This document shows positions 62,718-64,000 of a stretch of DNA of 64,000 nt, one piece after another; within the stretch, counting starts at the first letter, position 1; each line of letters opens with the position of its first letter. The notes below the pieces were generated by a model, which did no database searches, was not told the DNA's origin, and saw nothing but the letters and a program-made list of their open reading frames with translations. The position numbers were made by a program, and so were the translations under genes. The stretch is from Azolla caroliniana (taxonomy: Eukaryota; Plantae; Polypodiophyta), in contig JBHGNT010000012.1 in NCBI GenBank assembly GCA_043228905.1, positions 5,642,001 to 5,706,000 on the forward strand, given 5' to 3'.

Positions 62718-64000
62718 TAATCAATGATCAAGTGGCAACTGTTGGAGTAGTTGTCTCTTGAGAGGATATGGCTCGTAGGTGCATTCGAGTACTTCCTTCC
62801 AAGTATGATGGCATTTTGATAGCATTGAACACTCAGGTTTGACCCACTCCTTTAAATTTTGATGAACTATGTGCAATGCTGCTTGAAGAGGAGCTTCGGG
62901 TGAAGACAACAGAAGGAAGGGAAGATTCAGCATTTGTCTCTAGGACTAAGGGTAAAGGGGCATCCAATTGAAACAATGCGAATAGGATACCAACGAAGAA
63001 GAAGTTCAATGGATCATGTTTCTACTGTGACAAGAAGGGTCACACAATCAAGGATTGTCAGAAGAATATGGCGGATGAGAAGAATGGTTCTAGTAAGACT
63101 TCTTGGAGAGAGCTCGAGTCCGCCAACAATGTCGTAAATGAGCTTCAATTATGGGTCGCAACTAAAGAAGTGTGTTCTTCAGTTCACACTCAAGTTGTCG
63201 ACGACTCTTGGATTCTCGATAGTGGAGCATCTTGACATATGACCAGTAATCGTGACTAGTATAGGTCTTGGACACCTCTACAAGAGACCATCAATGTTGT
63301 GGTCGGGAACAATACTCGATGTCTAGCCAAAGGAATCGGAACCGTCTCCCTCAAAGCAACGACCGACAGGACAAAGCATCTCTCTCAAGTGTTGTACGTG
63401 CCAGATCTCAAGAAGAATCTATTGCCTATTTCTACATTGACCGACAAGGGTCTTGATGTTTGATTCGAGAAGTCGGGTGCAGAAATAACAGATTTTGCTG
63501 GCAAGGTTGTAGGAATAGGGGTAAGGTGCAACAATCTCTATGAGCTGAGCTTGTTTACAATTTCTACTAACCACAACACAAGTACTAACACAAAGCAATG
63601 GCATGAGAGATTTGGGCATCTCAATGTTGCTGTATTGAAGGAGATTAAGAAGTCGAATATGGTAGTTGGGTTGCCAACCATATATGACTTAAGTCATGTT
63701 TGTGATGCTTGTATGATGGGCGAGCATCAAAGATCAGCCATTCCAAAAGAGAGTCAAAATCGGACAAAGACTCCTCTACAACTAATACACATCGACCTCT
63801 CTAGAAAAATGGTGACTCCTGCGATGGGTGGATCTCTCTACTATATGGTAGTAGTCGATGGCTTCAGTAGAAATATGTGGGTTTACTTCCTTTAGGAGAA
63901 GGTTGAAGCTTTTAAAATCTTCAAAAGATAGCATAAGTTTGTTGAGCGGGAGTCCGGAAAGTTAGTGAAGGAGTTACACTCTGATTGAGGTGGAGAATTC
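62718..64000 (+). pseudogene. Copia 4 remnant (gag end, PR, pre-integrase, start of INT), runs off the window
   Basis: CFYCDKKGHTIKDC, ILDSGAS, WHERFGHLN, LQLIHIDL; stops and frameshifts. Confidence 0.88.

Overview
Land-plant nuclear DNA, most likely a non-seed plant such as a fern. This is inferred from the spliced genes and from the Tcn1-like and fungal-type Gypsy elements, not proven. Positions 1-19 kb hold three intron-containing genes: a RING-HC protein (minus strand, with a candidate CUG-initiated spliced uORF), a DnaJ/DUF3752 protein (minus strand, 11 exons) and a 3xCCCH+KH RNA-binding protein (plus strand). hAT MITEs and a 370-bp foldback also lie in this first 20.3 kb. From 20.6 kb to the end, the window is a nested LTR-retrotransposon stack whose insertion order can be read from target-site duplications (TSDs). 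A non-chromoviral Gypsy 'A' (32124-62712) carries an extra ORF and hosts a Copia, a solo LTR and a gag-only element 'B'. B hosts a fungal-type Gypsy 'C', and C hosts an intact self-priming chromovirus 'D'. The most unusual signals are: (1) tRNA-like A/B-box modules built into the chromovirus-type LTRs; (2) element A has no PPT and instead has an inverted tRNA-Arg PBS-like motif; (3) B and C both have 4-bp ACGT target duplications; (4) an LTR is fused at its self-priming PBS to an inverted U3; (5) the non-AUG uORF. All coordinates were read by eye and no searches were run.
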